DNA of 64,000 nt, from NCBI RefSeq assembly GCF_964204645.1, contig NC_134026.1, positions 31,827,868 to 31,891,867 on the forward strand, read 5' to 3'. Numbering within the stretch: the stretch's first letter is position 1; every line of letters begins with the position of its first letter. The notes beneath the pieces are model-generated. The model made no database searches, was not told where the DNA came from, and worked only from the letters and a program-made list of their open reading frames with translations. Shown in pieces: positions 25,098 through 44,500 of this stretch. The stretch is from Tubulanus polymorphus (lineage: Eukaryota; Animalia; Nemertea). Made by a program: the position numbers and the translations under genes.

Positions 25098-25517
25098 TTT
25101 GAAACTTTGATTTTTCATAAACAAAGACAAAAATGTTAAAACTTTATTAACACAATTGCAAGACTATTCTACTCTGAGACTATTCTACTCTGAGACTATT
25201 CTCATTCTACTCCTGGATAGAAATCTAAACACATACAACAGGAAGATCAAATATTTCAAAATACGAGTTGGAAGGCGTTTAACAGCGTTCTCAATAGGTG
25301 GCTCTGTAGGTTTCCACCTATTTACATTTTTAGCCTCGAGAGAAAAAATATAGAATAAACAAATACAAAAATAGCAAGTAGTTAAATCATGTATAAATAA
25401 TATATCACAGTAAATAATACACTAATACCTAAAAGACTGATCAGGGGTAAATATATGAGTTATATCTAAATAGGGTTTAATCCCCTGACCATATTACAGG
25501 TTTAATCCCAATAGTAA

Positions 25518-25856
25518 CCTCTGAACGTATCAGGGGTATCGACCTCTGAACGTATCGAGGGTATCGACCTCAGAACGTATCGAGGGTATCGACCTCAGAA
25601 CGTATCGGGGGTATCGACCCCTGAACGTATCGGGGGTATCGACCCCTGAACGTATCGGGGGTATCGACCCCTGAACGTATCGGGGGTATCGACCCCTGAA
25701 CGTATCGGGGGTATCGACCCCTGAACGTATCGGGGTATCGACCTCAGAACGTATCGGGGGTATCGACCTCAGAACGTATCGGGGGTATCGACCCCTGAAC
25801 GTATCGGGGGTATCAACCCCTGAACGTATCGGGGGTATCGACCCCTGAACGTATCG
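25518..25856. repeat. 25-bp minisatellite GAACGTATCGGGGGTATCGACCCCT
   Basis: About 13 tandem copies. Confidence 0.9.
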
Positions 25857-26205
25857 TTGACCTTAATTCTCTAATACTACGTACAATATAGTCATAAGTC
25901 ACTTCTCTAAAAACTCATCTTGTTGAGTTTACAACAGAACTCGATGTTTTACTTAACAACCCATAAAGAGTTTAATTTAACTCCCATTGAGTTTAATTTA
26001 ACTCCCATTGAGTTTTACTTCTCTTCGATAAAATCCATTTTTTGTACAAAATTTATTTGCTGTCATTACAATAATTAAACATCCATTACTATAGCAACCA
26101 TTACTATAGCAACTAATTTACACAATAATTAATGTTTTTTTAAAAATATACATAATAACAATGGTTATCGTGTAAGTCACTAGATGGCGGTACTGGTCAT
26201 AGTCG

Positions 26206-32053
<5,848 letters not shown>

Positions 32054-33114
32054 GTAGACGATCAGCGGGGCTATGAGATAAATGTGAGATGTATTTACTC
32101 AGTGATTTTACAGGAGGTGATCAGTCTCAGGGTGTGACCGTGTACTCAACATACAATATGGCTGCCGTTTACTGATTGGTTGTGACGTCACGATCATCAG
32201 CCGCTAGTACTGATGCTGCTGCAGCAACTACTAACAGTATCTATCATCATCCGAAACATTCATCCTAATAACTCCGTCATTTCCCTTACTAATAGAAGAA
32301 TAATCGGTGACCAGTATACCCGTAAAATTCAGAAGGGTCTCAGCTTCAGAATTTCTTATATTTTCTACTTTTTTTTATCCTTAATTAATTATTTCGTCTA
32401 ATCATATGAAAATTTAACCATCAAGGACCAATTTTAGATAAAAGTCTTGATAATTGTATTCTCGTGCGTGACGGATTTTGCAGGGTCCTTGTAGACCCTC
32501 GACGAGGGGTGAAACAAAATTAGTTTTGAAATTCCGCTCCAGAGGGCGCCATCTCCTGGGCACGTTTTTTCCTCCAAATGATTGGAGTGTAATAAATATT
32601 CGTATTCTAATAATTCAAAAGAAAATATTTCCACTAAAACTTTAGTTTATTTACATATTCATATATACAATATTCTCATCAAACAAAGTGAAATTAGATT
32701 CTATAATTCATTTATAAAACATTTCAATAAAGTGCAGGAGGTGACAATAAACAATTAACTTCAGCAGATTCAAGTATAACTGATTATCAATCTGTTGCCT
32801 GGATTGTACGCCTCAATACTCCCTAACCTAGACACCAGCCTCACGTAGCTCACAGAGTCTGAACCCTCTTAGTCTGGACACTAAGCCTCACGTAACGCAT
32901 TCTATAATTGCATAATCTTCAGAACTTCACCTGAAACATTTTTAAATCGACAATGAACTACAGCAGGGGTACAGCCTGAATGAGGGACGGTGCAGGTTAC
33001 AGGCTGCAGGTCTGAAGAATGGTGCAGGTTACAGGCTGCAGGTCTGAAGAATGGTGCAGGTTACAGGCTGCAGATTGATAGATCTGTATAAAATCAGGGC
33101 AGGAAGAGTTCGAA

Positions 33115-35272
33115 CTACTGCAGTGAACAAAGTGAACTTTTCGTTTGATTTTGTGTCGATTGAGATTTTGATTCACTATTGCTATACTGCACTATATCAG
33201 CTTTCACAACCGTCTGATGCTGTTCCAGTTCAGGCTTCGATAATTTAATTCCTAGAATGTCTGCAGCTAATTTTTGAAAACAAACATTCACCTGAAATTA
33301 AAAAACATTTCAGAATGGAAGAGACAGGAAGAAATTAGCTTGTTATTATTATAATGAATTGAGAGATTTATGTACTTACAGAATCACCAGTTTTTGCCGA
33401 GACAAAGTGACTTGATAAACCATTCTCTTGTGCAAATTTCTCATGTTTATCTAATTTAACTGTCCTCATATGTTCCAAATCAACTGTAAATACATTTACA
33501 TCTCATTAGAAATAGAGTCTGTCAGGCCTCAGTGGACGGGCTGTCCACTCAGGGGACGGGCTGTCCTCTCAGGGGACGGGCTGTCCACTCAATGGATGGG
33601 CTGTCCACTCAGTGGATGGGCTGTCCACTCAGTGGATGGGCTGTCCACTCAATGGATGGGCTGTCCTCTCAGTGGATGGGCTGTCCTCTCAGTGGATGGG
33701 CTGTCCTCTCAGTGGATGGGCTGTCCACTCAGTGGATGGGCTGTCCACTCAATGGATGGGCTGTCCTCTCGGTGGATGGGCTTTCCTCTCAGTGGATGGG
33801 CTGTCCACTCAATGGATGGGCTGTCCTCTCGGTGGATGGGCTGTCCACTCAGTGGATGGGCTGTCCTCTCAGTGGATGGGCTGTCCTCTCAGTGGATGGG
33901 CTGTTGCCCAGAATAAACATTTTAAGTTACCTTTATTTCCGATTAATGCTATTTGTGGTAATTTTGGTTGATCAATGAATATTTTCTTTACACTTGACAA
34001 CCAATCCTCACAATTTTCAAAACTTGAGAAATTAGTGATATCATAGACTAGTAAAACACCCTGTAAATAATAGATATAACACTGTCAGTTAGTGATGATG
34101 ATGACATATACCAGTAGAGGGTGCTAATTACTCACATGTGCACCATAGATATAATTATCGATCATTTTACCGCCGAGAGTTTGACCTCCGATATCCCAAA
34201 CCTGTATTGCTACATTTACTTCTCCTTAAAAACAACAATCAAATATATTTACTTGTAGTAGGAGTAAATCAGACAGCGGGTGTAAATCGGACAGTAGTAG
34301 GAGTAAATCAGACAGCGGGTGTAAATCAGACAGTAGTAGGAGTTAATCGGACAGCGGGTGTAAATCGGATAGCGGGTGTAAATCAGACAGTAGTAGGAGT
34401 AAATCGGACAGCGGGTGTAAATCAGACAGTAGTAGGAGTTAATCGGACAGCGGGTGTAAATCGGATAGCGGGTGTAAATCAGACAGTAGTAGGAGTAAAT
34501 CGGACAGCGGGTGTAAATCGGACAGTAGTAGGAGTAAATCAGACAGCGGGTGTAAATCAGACAGTAGTAGGAGTTAATCGGACAGCGGGTGTAAATCGGA
34601 TAGCGGGTGTAAATCAGACAGTAGTAGGAGTAAATCGGACAGCGGGTGTAAATCAGACAGTAGTAGGAGTTAATCGGACAGCGGGTGTAAATCGGATAGC
34701 GGGTGTAAATCAGACAGTAGTAGGAGTAAATCGGACAGCGGGTGTAAATCGGACAGTAGTAGGAGTAAATCAGACAGCGGGTGTAAATCAGACAGTAGTA
34801 GGAGTTAATCGGACAGCGGGTGTAAATCGGATAGCGGGTGTAAATCAGACAGTAGTAGGAGTAAATCAAAGTGCAGTAGGTTATTAACATTAAACGGTAC
34901 CTGGAAGTGTGATCCTCTTCAAGAAGAAATCTAAACCAACTGTTTGTTTATATTGTTTACCAAATTGTTTCTGCGAATATTGAGTTGCTAAAGATGTCTG
35001 AAATGGATAACATCATTCTGCGCTTTATACAACACCGAGGAGGGAGGAATCAGTTTGGGGGCAAGAGGGCAGCAGCCACAGTGGGGAGCCGAAACTGTGA
35101 GTGTGAGTGATGATGGCTGCCCGTTTAGGCGATTGATCTTGTAGGATGACTTTTGAATTATAGAAGAATGAACATGAACTTGAAACCGACTTTTTACCTT
35201 TCCTGAAGCTCCATCACCGAGAATCACAAATTTCAACTGTTTATCGCGAGATTCCTCCTCAGAATCAGACAT
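33115..35272 (-). CDS. RAB28: Ras-related protein Rab-28
   Basis: [25 protein letters not shown]|[32 protein letters not shown]|[39 protein letters not shown]|[24 protein letters not shown] (ends in a CaaX box). Confidence 0.97.
33530..33905. repeat. 20-bp minisatellite AGTGGATGGGCTGTCCACTC in a RAB28 intron
   Basis: About 19 copies. A second RAB28 intron repeat (18-21-bp units) lies at 34255-34870. Confidence 0.92.
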
Positions 35273-35699
35273 TATCACTGTTTATTTCTAGGATTCATTA
35301 CATCTCAGTGTTTGTTGATGTGTAGTTTAGTCGTGACGTCATCATTAACTGTTGACTCTTTCAAATTAACATTTTTGCTAAATTTTTATCATTTCTTATT
35401 TCACTCACTGTTTCTATTTTTATGATTGAAAGAACCAATAAACTGTTTAACTGAATAATGAATTTAGAAAAGATTTTGGTAGGTTTTATACCGCATGTGG
35501 AATACAAAAGGAAGGCTCCAACAATTTCTAAAGGCCTGTAGTTTATATGGGTTAAACCAATCTAGACTGGTTGCCTGTTCCAGTAACCAGTCTAAATCCA
35601 ATCCAGGTCTTTTACCTAAGAGGCAATTTAGCCCTAACTGGACCCTCGCCAAATAGATATATTAATAATAATTTAATTAATGATTACCATCGCATATTA

Positions 35700-36000
35700 C
35701 AAGCACTTGTCGGCCTTCGGAGAATCCGCGAGTCCTCACTTCCGGTGTGGAGTCGTGACCCGCCATATTGAAATTTGGTAAGTCTTGGAATTTTTCCAGT
35801 TTTTTATCCTCGAATTATATCTATGTCTTAAGTTAACAGTTCGGTATAAACCCCGGAGATGCAGGCGATAAACACCGTCTATAAAACTGACCTGAGACCC
35901 GCCGCCAAACTTATATTCTAAGTCGTTTTTGAAGTAGGTCACGTGTGTCGTCACGGTTCGGTGAGCCGCAGTGCAGCAGCGCCCGCCTGGGAGAAATTAT
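35700..36000. promoter_or_regulatory. GC-richer promoter region upstream of RAB28
   Basis: ETS motif CACTTCCGG (~35737), YY1-like CCGCCATATTG (~35760), E-box GTCACGTG (~35938); CRE TGACGTCA at ~35334. Confidence 0.55.
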
Positions 36001-36539
36001 CCCAGTTATCCTACAATTATTCAAACACACTTAGAACAAACTGTTGAATTAGTTACATGTGACCCTAGTAGTTGGTGAAAACTACTTACTATGCGAATGA
36101 ACCTGCTTTTTTAGTGACATTGTTGTTGGGAGCGAGAAGTTTACAGCCGCCAGTTGTGATGAATGAACTAAAACATTGTTATTACTGTTTAAAGATTATA
36201 TTGTGGTGAATATTACTAGTAATAATTACAGTCACCTCCTTTTCTTATTGTTACAGATACAAACAGCAGATTTCATCAATCGATCCTTCCTTCAACTGTC
36301 AGTTCGAATCAGTTAAAAACAACAATATGAACCACTGCCTCCCGTCACTGGCTGTAACTAGGCTGAGATCTATTAATCATCTTTTAGAAAAGGCGTGTCT
36401 CTCTTTCGATCAATCGTGTAACTGATATCTGTGAATAGTCTACAATCAACAAATACCACATTCAAATCCAATATTCTTTATTTCAGGTATAATTCCTGTT
36501 TACTGTGGTATGAAATAAGATTGAGTCAAGAGCAACACA

Positions 36540-36817
36540 GTAGGAGCATCAGAGGAGGAGTATCGTAGGAGCAGCAGGAGTATCATAGGAGCAGCTGGAG
36601 TATCATAGGAGCAGCTGGAGTATCGTAGGAGCAGCAGGAGTATCATAGGAGCAGCTGGAGTATCATAAGAGCAGCTGGAGTATCGTAGGAGCAGCTGGAG
36701 TATCGTAGGAGCAGCAGGAGTATCATAGGAGCAGCAGGAGTATCGTAGGAGCAGCAGGAGTATCGTAGGAGCAGCAGGAGTATCGTAGGAGCAGCAGGAG
36801 TATCGTAGGAGCAGCTG
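36540..36817. repeat. 20-bp minisatellite GTATCGTAGGAGCAGCAGGA
   Basis: About 13 copies. Confidence 0.9.
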
Positions 36818-37647
36818 AATGAATCACAGAAGAGATAAGATAAGTAGTTCTAGAATTATGTCTTCATTCATACCACTTGGAGGAGTTGAAGATATTCAGG
36901 ATCAGAATTCAGTTTATTTCCAAATAGACTAAAACAAAATGTCGAATGATTATAACGGTTATTGAATTTGTCTCCAGCGAGTATCTGTATCCATCTTCAG
37001 CTCACTTCACACACAGCTGTAGATCAGAGTTCCTTACAGCGACCACTGAATCAACCTAATCATTACAACTGAAATAATGATAACACATTCTATATGAATA
37101 CATATGAAGCACATCTGAAACCAAAGTGATAGAAAACGAGAAAGTTGTAAAATGTTTTCTGACGCAGTTTGATTTGTGTCAGATTGTAACTGTAGAAGTT
37201 TCACTCTTTGTTTCAGTCTAATAGAGATATAACTGATGTACATGTAACACTGACTGTGTAACACTGCAGTCATTTATTCACTTATTCCTCCTCAGTTTGA
37301 AGAATGTTTGTTCTCTCATCTTCATTAGCGATAAGAATCATTCTCATCGTGTAACTACAACATCGTAACATTTCTACTTATTCAATCATGGAGGGAATGA
37401 GTTGTATGAGGTTTGGGTATGTAATGGGGCAGGGTATGGTGTAGTTGACCGTTAGGGTAGGATATGATAATGTGATGAGGTAAGGTCGGTTGGATGATTC
37501 AGGGTTGTTTGATGTGGTTGGATTCGATGATCAGTTTAATATAGAACTGTTTGGGGGTAAGTGATGTATGCGGTAGTGTACGGTGTGTATGTTCGCAGGG
37601 TGTATGATAACGGATTGAAAGGTTGCTGGTAGAGGGCGGTACAGTAG

Positions 37648-39470
37648 CGTCCTCACTCACCAGAGCTCGGGTTGCTTCCTGCTGAAGCTCACGTCTACAC
37701 AAACGTTGATCACAACTTTATTCTTGTGTTGGACCCTCGGTAAGGGAAACCAGTGATGCCAGTCACAATGAGGTGAACATGTTTTACTGTTGGCGAATAT
37801 CCTTCAATAAACGTCGATAAAGGATAAGTTGATGTCAGCAGCGGAGAATGCTGAGTTCCAGATCGGGAAAACATCATCACAGGAAATCATTGTATTTGTC
37901 TGAGTTCGTCCACAGGTCAAGGATCAAGGTCTGATCATGTGACCTGTCTGCCCACACGGCAATCCACCCACTCTCCACCCGCCCGACCCTTGGCAGTGAC
38001 CTGTTCGCCCGGCAGTGGTCTAAAGCCTAGCCTACATCGACACAGCGATTAGAGACCACACAGTTGCCGGACGGTTTTCGGTTGTTGCATGGCATGAGAG
38101 CAACTGGCTGGATACAATCAGCGTGAGCTAGCTTACGACTGGTTAGCGTCCATCTATCTCCAGTTCCACCCAGTCGCTCATGTTCTACTTTTGAGCAACT
38201 AGTTGTACTCAGTTGCTGTCATATCCGTCGATGTGAGCTCTCCATAATCAACAACACATGGTTGCAACTGACTAAAACAAAGCAATGAGTCACATGACTC
38301 GAGATGCCCTGAGAATATTTGGTAGATGACATATCTCAGTTGCTGTCGATGTACGCGCTACGGACCTAGCGACCGGCATGAGCCACACAGTTGCTGGTTT
38401 TCATTAGATGGGTACTCACTCACTAGCGACCGGCATGAGCCACGCAGTTGCTGGTTTTCATTAGATGGGTACTCACTCACTAGCGACTGGCATGAGCCAC
38501 GCAGTTGCTGGTTTTCATTAGATGGGTACTCGCTCACTGGCGACCGGCATGAGCCACGCAGTTGCTGGTTTTCATTAGATGGGTACTCACTCACTAGCGA
38601 CCGCCATGAGTCACACAGTTGCTGGTTTTCATTAATGAGTACTCACTCACTAGCGACTGACATGAGCCACGCAGTTGCTGGTTTTCATTAGATGGGTACT
38701 CGCTCACTAGCGACCGGCATGAGCCACACAGTTGCTGGTTTTCATTAATGGGTACTCACTCACTAGCGACTGACATGAGCCACGCAGTTGCTGGTTTTCA
38801 TTAGATGGGTACTCACTCACTAGCGACCGCCATGAGTCACACAGTTGCTGGTTTTCATTAATGGGTACTCACTCACTAGCGACTGACATGAGCCACGCAG
38901 TTGCTGGTTTTCATTAGATGGGTACTCACTAGCGACCGGCATGAGCCACGCAGTTGCTGGTTTTCATTAGATGGGTACTCACTAGCGACTGACATGAGCC
39001 ACGCAGTTGCTGGTTTTCATTAGATGGGTACTCGCTCACTAGCGACTGCCATGAGTCACACAGTTGCTGGTTTTCATTAGATGGGTACTCGCTCACTAGC
39101 GACCGGCATGAGCCACGCAGTTGCTGGTTTTCATTAGATGGGTACTCGCTCACTAGCGACCGGCATGAGCCACGCAGTTGCTGGTTTTCATTAGATGGGT
39201 ACTCACTCACTAGCGACCGGCATGAGCCACGCAGTTGCTGGTTTTCATTAGATGGGTACTCACTCACTAGCGGCCGGCATGAGCCACGCAATTGCTGGTT
39301 TTCATTAGATGGGTACTCACTCACTAGCGGCCGACATTAGCCACGCAATTGCTGGTTTTCATTAGATGGGTACTCGCTCACTAGCGACTAGTTATAGACC
39401 TATGAAGGAAGTTTGATCAGTGTTTGTGAGTTTCAGTGAAAGGCAACAAGACCCTGGCGAGTGAGGATGT
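37648..39470. mobile_element. Non-autonomous DNA-transposon-like insertion with ~45-bp degenerate TIRs, carrying a 57-bp minisatellite (38367-39390)
   Basis: It interrupts the left arm of the inverted duplication. Left end CGTCCTCACTCACCAGAGCTCGGGTTGC..CTGAAGCTCAC resembles the right-end reverse complement CATCCTCACTCGCCAGGGTCTTGTTGC..CTGAAACTCAC. Confidence 0.65.
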
Positions 39471-40521
39471 GTAGTATTGATGTTGGTATGGTATGTGTAA
39501 GGTAGGGGGCGGTGTGTGTAGAGTTTTAAGGATAGAGTAAGGTACAGTTAGAGGAATTTGAAAGTGTAAGTTTGGGTAATGCGGGGTCAGGATGTTTGGT
39601 GTTGTTGAGGTGAGGGTGAATTCAGTAGAATTTATCCATGTCAAGTGTCCATGTGGCAAATTTGGAAAATTATTTTTGAGTTATACCTTAGAAAATGGGC
39701 TTTTAAAATCATTAGACCAGTCTTGTTAGATTGGCTAAATAACTAAAATGGTCTTAGACTGGTCTTAAGTTGTTAGATTGACTATAGAACTAAAATGAAC
39801 GTAGACTGGTCTTAAGCTGTTATTATTGTTAGAACCAAAATCAGTTAGAATCAAAAATCAAAAAGACTAAGTGGCAAATTTGTAAAAATGGATTCAGGTC
39901 TGATCCGTGTGATCCAGTTGACCTAGGATTATTTGATTAGAGTCAGACTCATTGATTACGTAGGATGGAGATAGATGGAGCCACAGTTTGTGCTTTGAAC
40001 AATGATGAGTGATGCTCTTGGCGTTTCACTCACCAGGAGAAAGTTCCCCCCCCCCATAACTTCTTTAGATAGAAATCTCCAGATAGAATTCTGTTTTTGT
40101 CTTATTTGTCAGTGTATATATGTCTGGTGATGGTGACATGGATGGTGATAGGACAGTACAGCCTGGGTGATGTTGGGGTAGGGTAATGTGATTCAGAGAA
40201 AGTGGTCGCGTCCGGACTGGCATTACCTCCTTCCCTTCCTCCTTCCCGCGCTTACTATTCCACAATCTCTATATGAGATACATCGAGAATGATGCTATTG
40301 AAGATTGAATTCATCGATTCATTTTGGAATTGAAACTTGTTTCATGGAACAAATGGTGCTGCAAATAAACAATATCATCAAACAATGATTCTGATTAACT
40401 ATAGTGAACTGCTGCCCTTTACTACTGGTTTTAAAAGCACTGATTGAGATGGATTTAAACCCAGTTCATTTACTATATTTCCTATATATACACTTACTGC
40501 CATGTGGTACTGATACATAGC

Positions 40522-40577
<56 letters not shown>

Positions 40578-40602
40578 ATAAGAAAAAGAAAGAACATGAA
40601 AA

Positions 40603-40881
40603 GAGTGGGGTCCGAGAGCAATTCGAAGGTTTAGTGTCCTGCTGGCTTATCGAGTGGGCAGGGGTCTATTCCTACCTCGACTCAAAAAAAAGAAGAAAAA
40701 AAAAGAGGGGTTCGAGAGCAATTCGAAGGTTTAGTGTCCTGCACGCCTAGATGGCGGGCAGGGGTCTATTCCTACCTCGACTCAAAAAAGGTGAGCTTAA
40801 AGCCACCAAGCACAAAAGTGGGGTCCAAAGGGTAGTCCACTACTGGCTTAGAGAGCGGGCAGTGGTCTATACCTACCTCAC
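40603..40881 (+). other. Three tandem copies (~100-bp period) of a ~65-80-nt structured element; copies 1 and 2 are followed by A-rich tracts
   Basis: Copies at 40603-40683, 40705-40783 and 40818-40881; conserved terminal and internal stems with compensatory changes. Confidence 0.6.
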
Positions 40882-42938
40882 GTGCTTAAAAATGTTTGCA
40901 AAAAATGGCAAATAAGAAAGTGTGTGAGAGTGAGAGAGTGAGAGAGGCTGAGGCTGAGTTTCATGTATCACTGGGCGTAACGTGATAAATATAAGAGAAA
41001 TAATTCACAGAAAATCTTGAATAATTTAATTGTGGGTTCAGAGTCTATTTCTCATCAGTTTGCTATTTGTAAAGCTTGTAGTTGGGTAAAAACTATTCAG
41101 ATATTTGTGAATCAGAAGATTTTGCCGTCATTTGCTTCATGAATCGTTCACTTGTTAAAATGAATCATGTGACACACATTTAAAATACTGTTACTGATTT
41201 GTCATTGTTTTGATGGTGTCTTAATATTCAATATGTTGCAGGTATCGTCTCCTAGTATTTCACATAGAATTGAGGAGTAGTTTGAGGGATTGGGAGGGTT
41301 GGAGAAGCATTGAGATGTCTAAAGGGAGTGGCCTGGAGGAGGCTGAGAGACTGACCGACCCCATCAATCACTCATCACACTCTGTACTGTCCTAGCTCCA
41401 CCCCTTATATCACATCACGTACCTCCCAACCTTCCACAGACACCACCCCCGACCTCACCCTCACCTCAACAACACCAAACATCCTGACCCCGTATTACCC
41501 AAACTTACACTTTCATATTACTCTAACTGTACCTTACCCTATCCTTAACACTCTTCACACACTGCCCCCTACCTTACACATACCATACCAGCATCACACC
41601 TGTACCGCCCTCTACCAGCAACCTTTCAATCCGTTATCATACACCTCCCTAACTATACATCGTACACTACCACATACACCCACCCCAAACAGTTGTATAT
41701 TAAACTGATCATCTAATCCAACCACATCAAACAACCCTGCATCATCCCACCTGACCTTACCTTATCACAATGTCCTATCCTCCCCTAACGTGTCAAATCC
41801 CATACCCTGTCTCATTCCATACCCAAACCTCATACTCCTCATTCCCTCCATGATTGAATAAGTAGAAATGTTACGATGTTGTAGTTACACGGATGAGAAT
41901 GATTCTTATCGCTAATGAAGATGAGAGAACAAACATTCTTCAAACTGAGGAGGAATAAGTGAATAAATGACTGCAGTGTTACACAGTCAATGTAACATGT
42001 ACATCAGTTATATCTCTATTAGACTGATACAATGAGTGAAACTTCTACAGTTACAATCTGACACAAATCAAACTGCGTCAGAAAACATTTTACAACTTTC
42101 TCGTTTTCTATCACTTTGGTTTCAGATGTGCTTCATATGTATTCAATAGAATGTGTTATCATTATTTCAGTTGTAATGATTAGGTTGATTCAGTGGTCGC
42201 TGTAAGGAACTCTGATCTACAGCTGTGTGTGAAGTGAGCTGAAGATGGATACAGATACTCGCTGGAGATAAATTTAATAACCGTTATAATCATTCGACAT
42301 TTTGTTTTAGTCTGTTAGAAGATAAACTGAATTCTGATCCTGAACATGTTTCAACTCCTCCATCAATACATATCATGGTTTCCTGTAATAGAATCTGATA
42401 AATTGATGTCATTAAGAATTTGTTTTTTCAGTTCAGTGTTCATCATTATAATGTGAAGGGTACAGGATGAATTTACAGATTCCACTGGTTCCACAGATTC
42501 CACTGGTTCCACAGATTCCACTGGTTCCACAGATTCCAATGGTTCCACAGATTCCACTGGTTCCACAGATTCCACTGGTTTATTCAGACATGTCACGTAT
42601 GTCGACAGAGACTAATTCAATAACAGTTTATCTGAAACACTTATTTCTTAGTTAATGATTCTCCAATTTGTTTTATTCTTTTAGGAGATAACCTGAATTC
42701 TGATCCTGAACATTTTCAACTCCACACGATAACTGGTATGTGTATGACAACAGAATTTCAACAGTTTATTTCATGAATTTGATAAATTGAAGAATCTGTT
42801 ATTTTCATTTCAGTGTCAATCATTGCTGAGGAGTTGTAGAATCTGATATACAACTGATTTTCACAGTCAGCTTCACACATTAACGGTATGTAATACTTGT
42901 GTATGGGTATAATTTAGATAAATCACACTAGTTCTGCC

Positions 42939-42955
42939 TCATCATCATCATCATT

Positions 42956-43023
<68 letters not shown>
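42939..43023. repeat. (CAT)n microsatellite
   Basis: About 28 units. Nearby are an 18-bp repeat (42475-42580) and a 23-bp repeat (43450-43580). Confidence 0.95.
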
Positions 43024-43024
<1 letters not shown>

Positions 43025-44224
43025 TAGTTCTGCCTCCTCCTCAGTAGCAGTGTGCATCCTGAGGAAGCAATCAGTCCTCCTGCAATCAGAGATTGCCCGC
43101 TCTGAAGGAGGTCAGGTAACGTTGAGTCTTTAGTTCACCTCGGTTTCAGCTTCTCAGTAACTGTTGGAGCTGCATCTTACCCGACTAGATTGACTGATTT
43201 AATGATTCTACATTTTGTTTTAACCCGTTAGGAGATGACCAATTACCTGCAGAAGACCCGGGATGACCAATTTACCAACTACTAGTGATGACCAATTACC
43301 AGAAGACCAGGGATGACCAATAGCTAGGCAATGACCAGCGATAACAGTTTGCCAGTATAATTGTATGATTGATTTTCTGTTTGTGAATGAACTTGAGAAC
43401 AGTCACTGTTCTTTAATCCTATCAGTTACAGCCATGTTTTGATAAAATATCTTGCACAATCACCTCTAAACCTCTTGCACAATCACCTCTAAACCTCTTG
43501 CACAATCACCTCTAAACCTCTTGCACAATCACCTCTAAATCTCTTGCACAATCACCTCTAAATCTCTTGCACAATCACTTCTATCTCATCTACTCTTATT
43601 TAACTCTCATCAATCAAAACGTGGTTGTCATTGATAGAATTAGAGACGCTAGGGGCTGACTATGTAAACGCTGGTGTTGTAGAACCACAGAAACTGAAAT
43701 CCCAGAATCTATTTTGTAAACCTGAATAAATGTATTTATTATTGTGTTGTGTTGTTTATTCAGCGCGATCTGTGGTGATTCAATCACGTGATCCGCTCAA
43801 GATTTTTTTATGTCGACTCCCTCCAAAATTCTGGATCCGATGTTATACTGTAGTTTAGACCATAGAACAGTTTTGTGATTATGTTTAGATCAACTTAAGT
43901 CTAAAATCGCTAATTTGAAACTTTGTTTAAATCATCATTTCACTAAAATTGTCCAAATCCTCGATTGTCAATCTTCCATATCCGAAACCCGGATCTAGAT
44001 TTTGGAATGTTAACGTTTTAATGATAAAACTGGTTTGGGCGACAACCTCAGTTGTGATCATCTATAACCACCATTCAAACCACGTGCCCGTAGACCAGTT
44101 TTGTCATTTATCGCTTTCGCATCCTCCCGAACACGTGAGGCGAATTGTCACGTGGGGATGCGGCCCGGAACCTTTCATTGAACGCGAGTGTCGAGTCTCT
44201 CGTGTGTGTGTCTGATTGGACGGT

Positions 44225-44500
44225 TAGACTGGTTGCCTGTCCAATACTGCACCGAAATCCCAAAAGGCTAGATTTGAAGGAAAATCGTCTTTGTTCAGGA
44301 AACCGCTATCAAACCGACTTCTCCAACATTGCCGAATAAGGGAATTTCTGCGGTCAGCTGACACCGACTTTTCGTTCTGTCTACGGCAAAACCATTGTGC
44401 AAACCGATTTCAAACAATTGTGCCTTAAGACTGAGAAGAGAAGCGAGTATTATGTTAGACTGGTTGCGGGTGGCGCAGATTTGGACGGGCAACCGGTCTA
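44225..44500. mobile_element. MITE with ~29-bp TIR TAGACTGGTTGCC..; related ends at 35562-35593 and 10904-10981
   Basis: TAGACTGGTTGCCTGTCCAATACTGCACC matches the right-end reverse complement TAGACCGGTTGCCCGTCCAAATCTGCGCC. Confidence 0.7.

Larger units (their letters stand above)
36878..42362. repeat. Large interrupted inverted duplication: 36878-37644 plus 39478-39620 versus 41455-42362
   Basis: Direct reverse-complement matches, e.g. CAGCTGTAGATCAGAGTTCCTTACAGCGACC / GGTCGCTGTAAGGAACTCTGATCTACAGCTG and GTTGCTGGTAGAGGGCGGTACAG / CTGTACCGCCCTCTACCAGCAAC. Confidence 0.9.

Noticed and set aside
33470-34890. Repeat-protein ORFs ([20 protein letters not shown])
   Set aside because: They are minisatellites lying wholly within RAB28 introns, open in several frames by chance.
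38326-39390. 19-aa repeat proteins on both strands
   Set aside because: This is a 57-bp minisatellite whose frame is broken by shorter units, with no supporting gene structure.
40860-40882. let-7-like miRNA (TGAGGTAG on the minus strand)
   Set aside because: Only the seed matches; the rest differs and the hairpin pairs better on the + strand.
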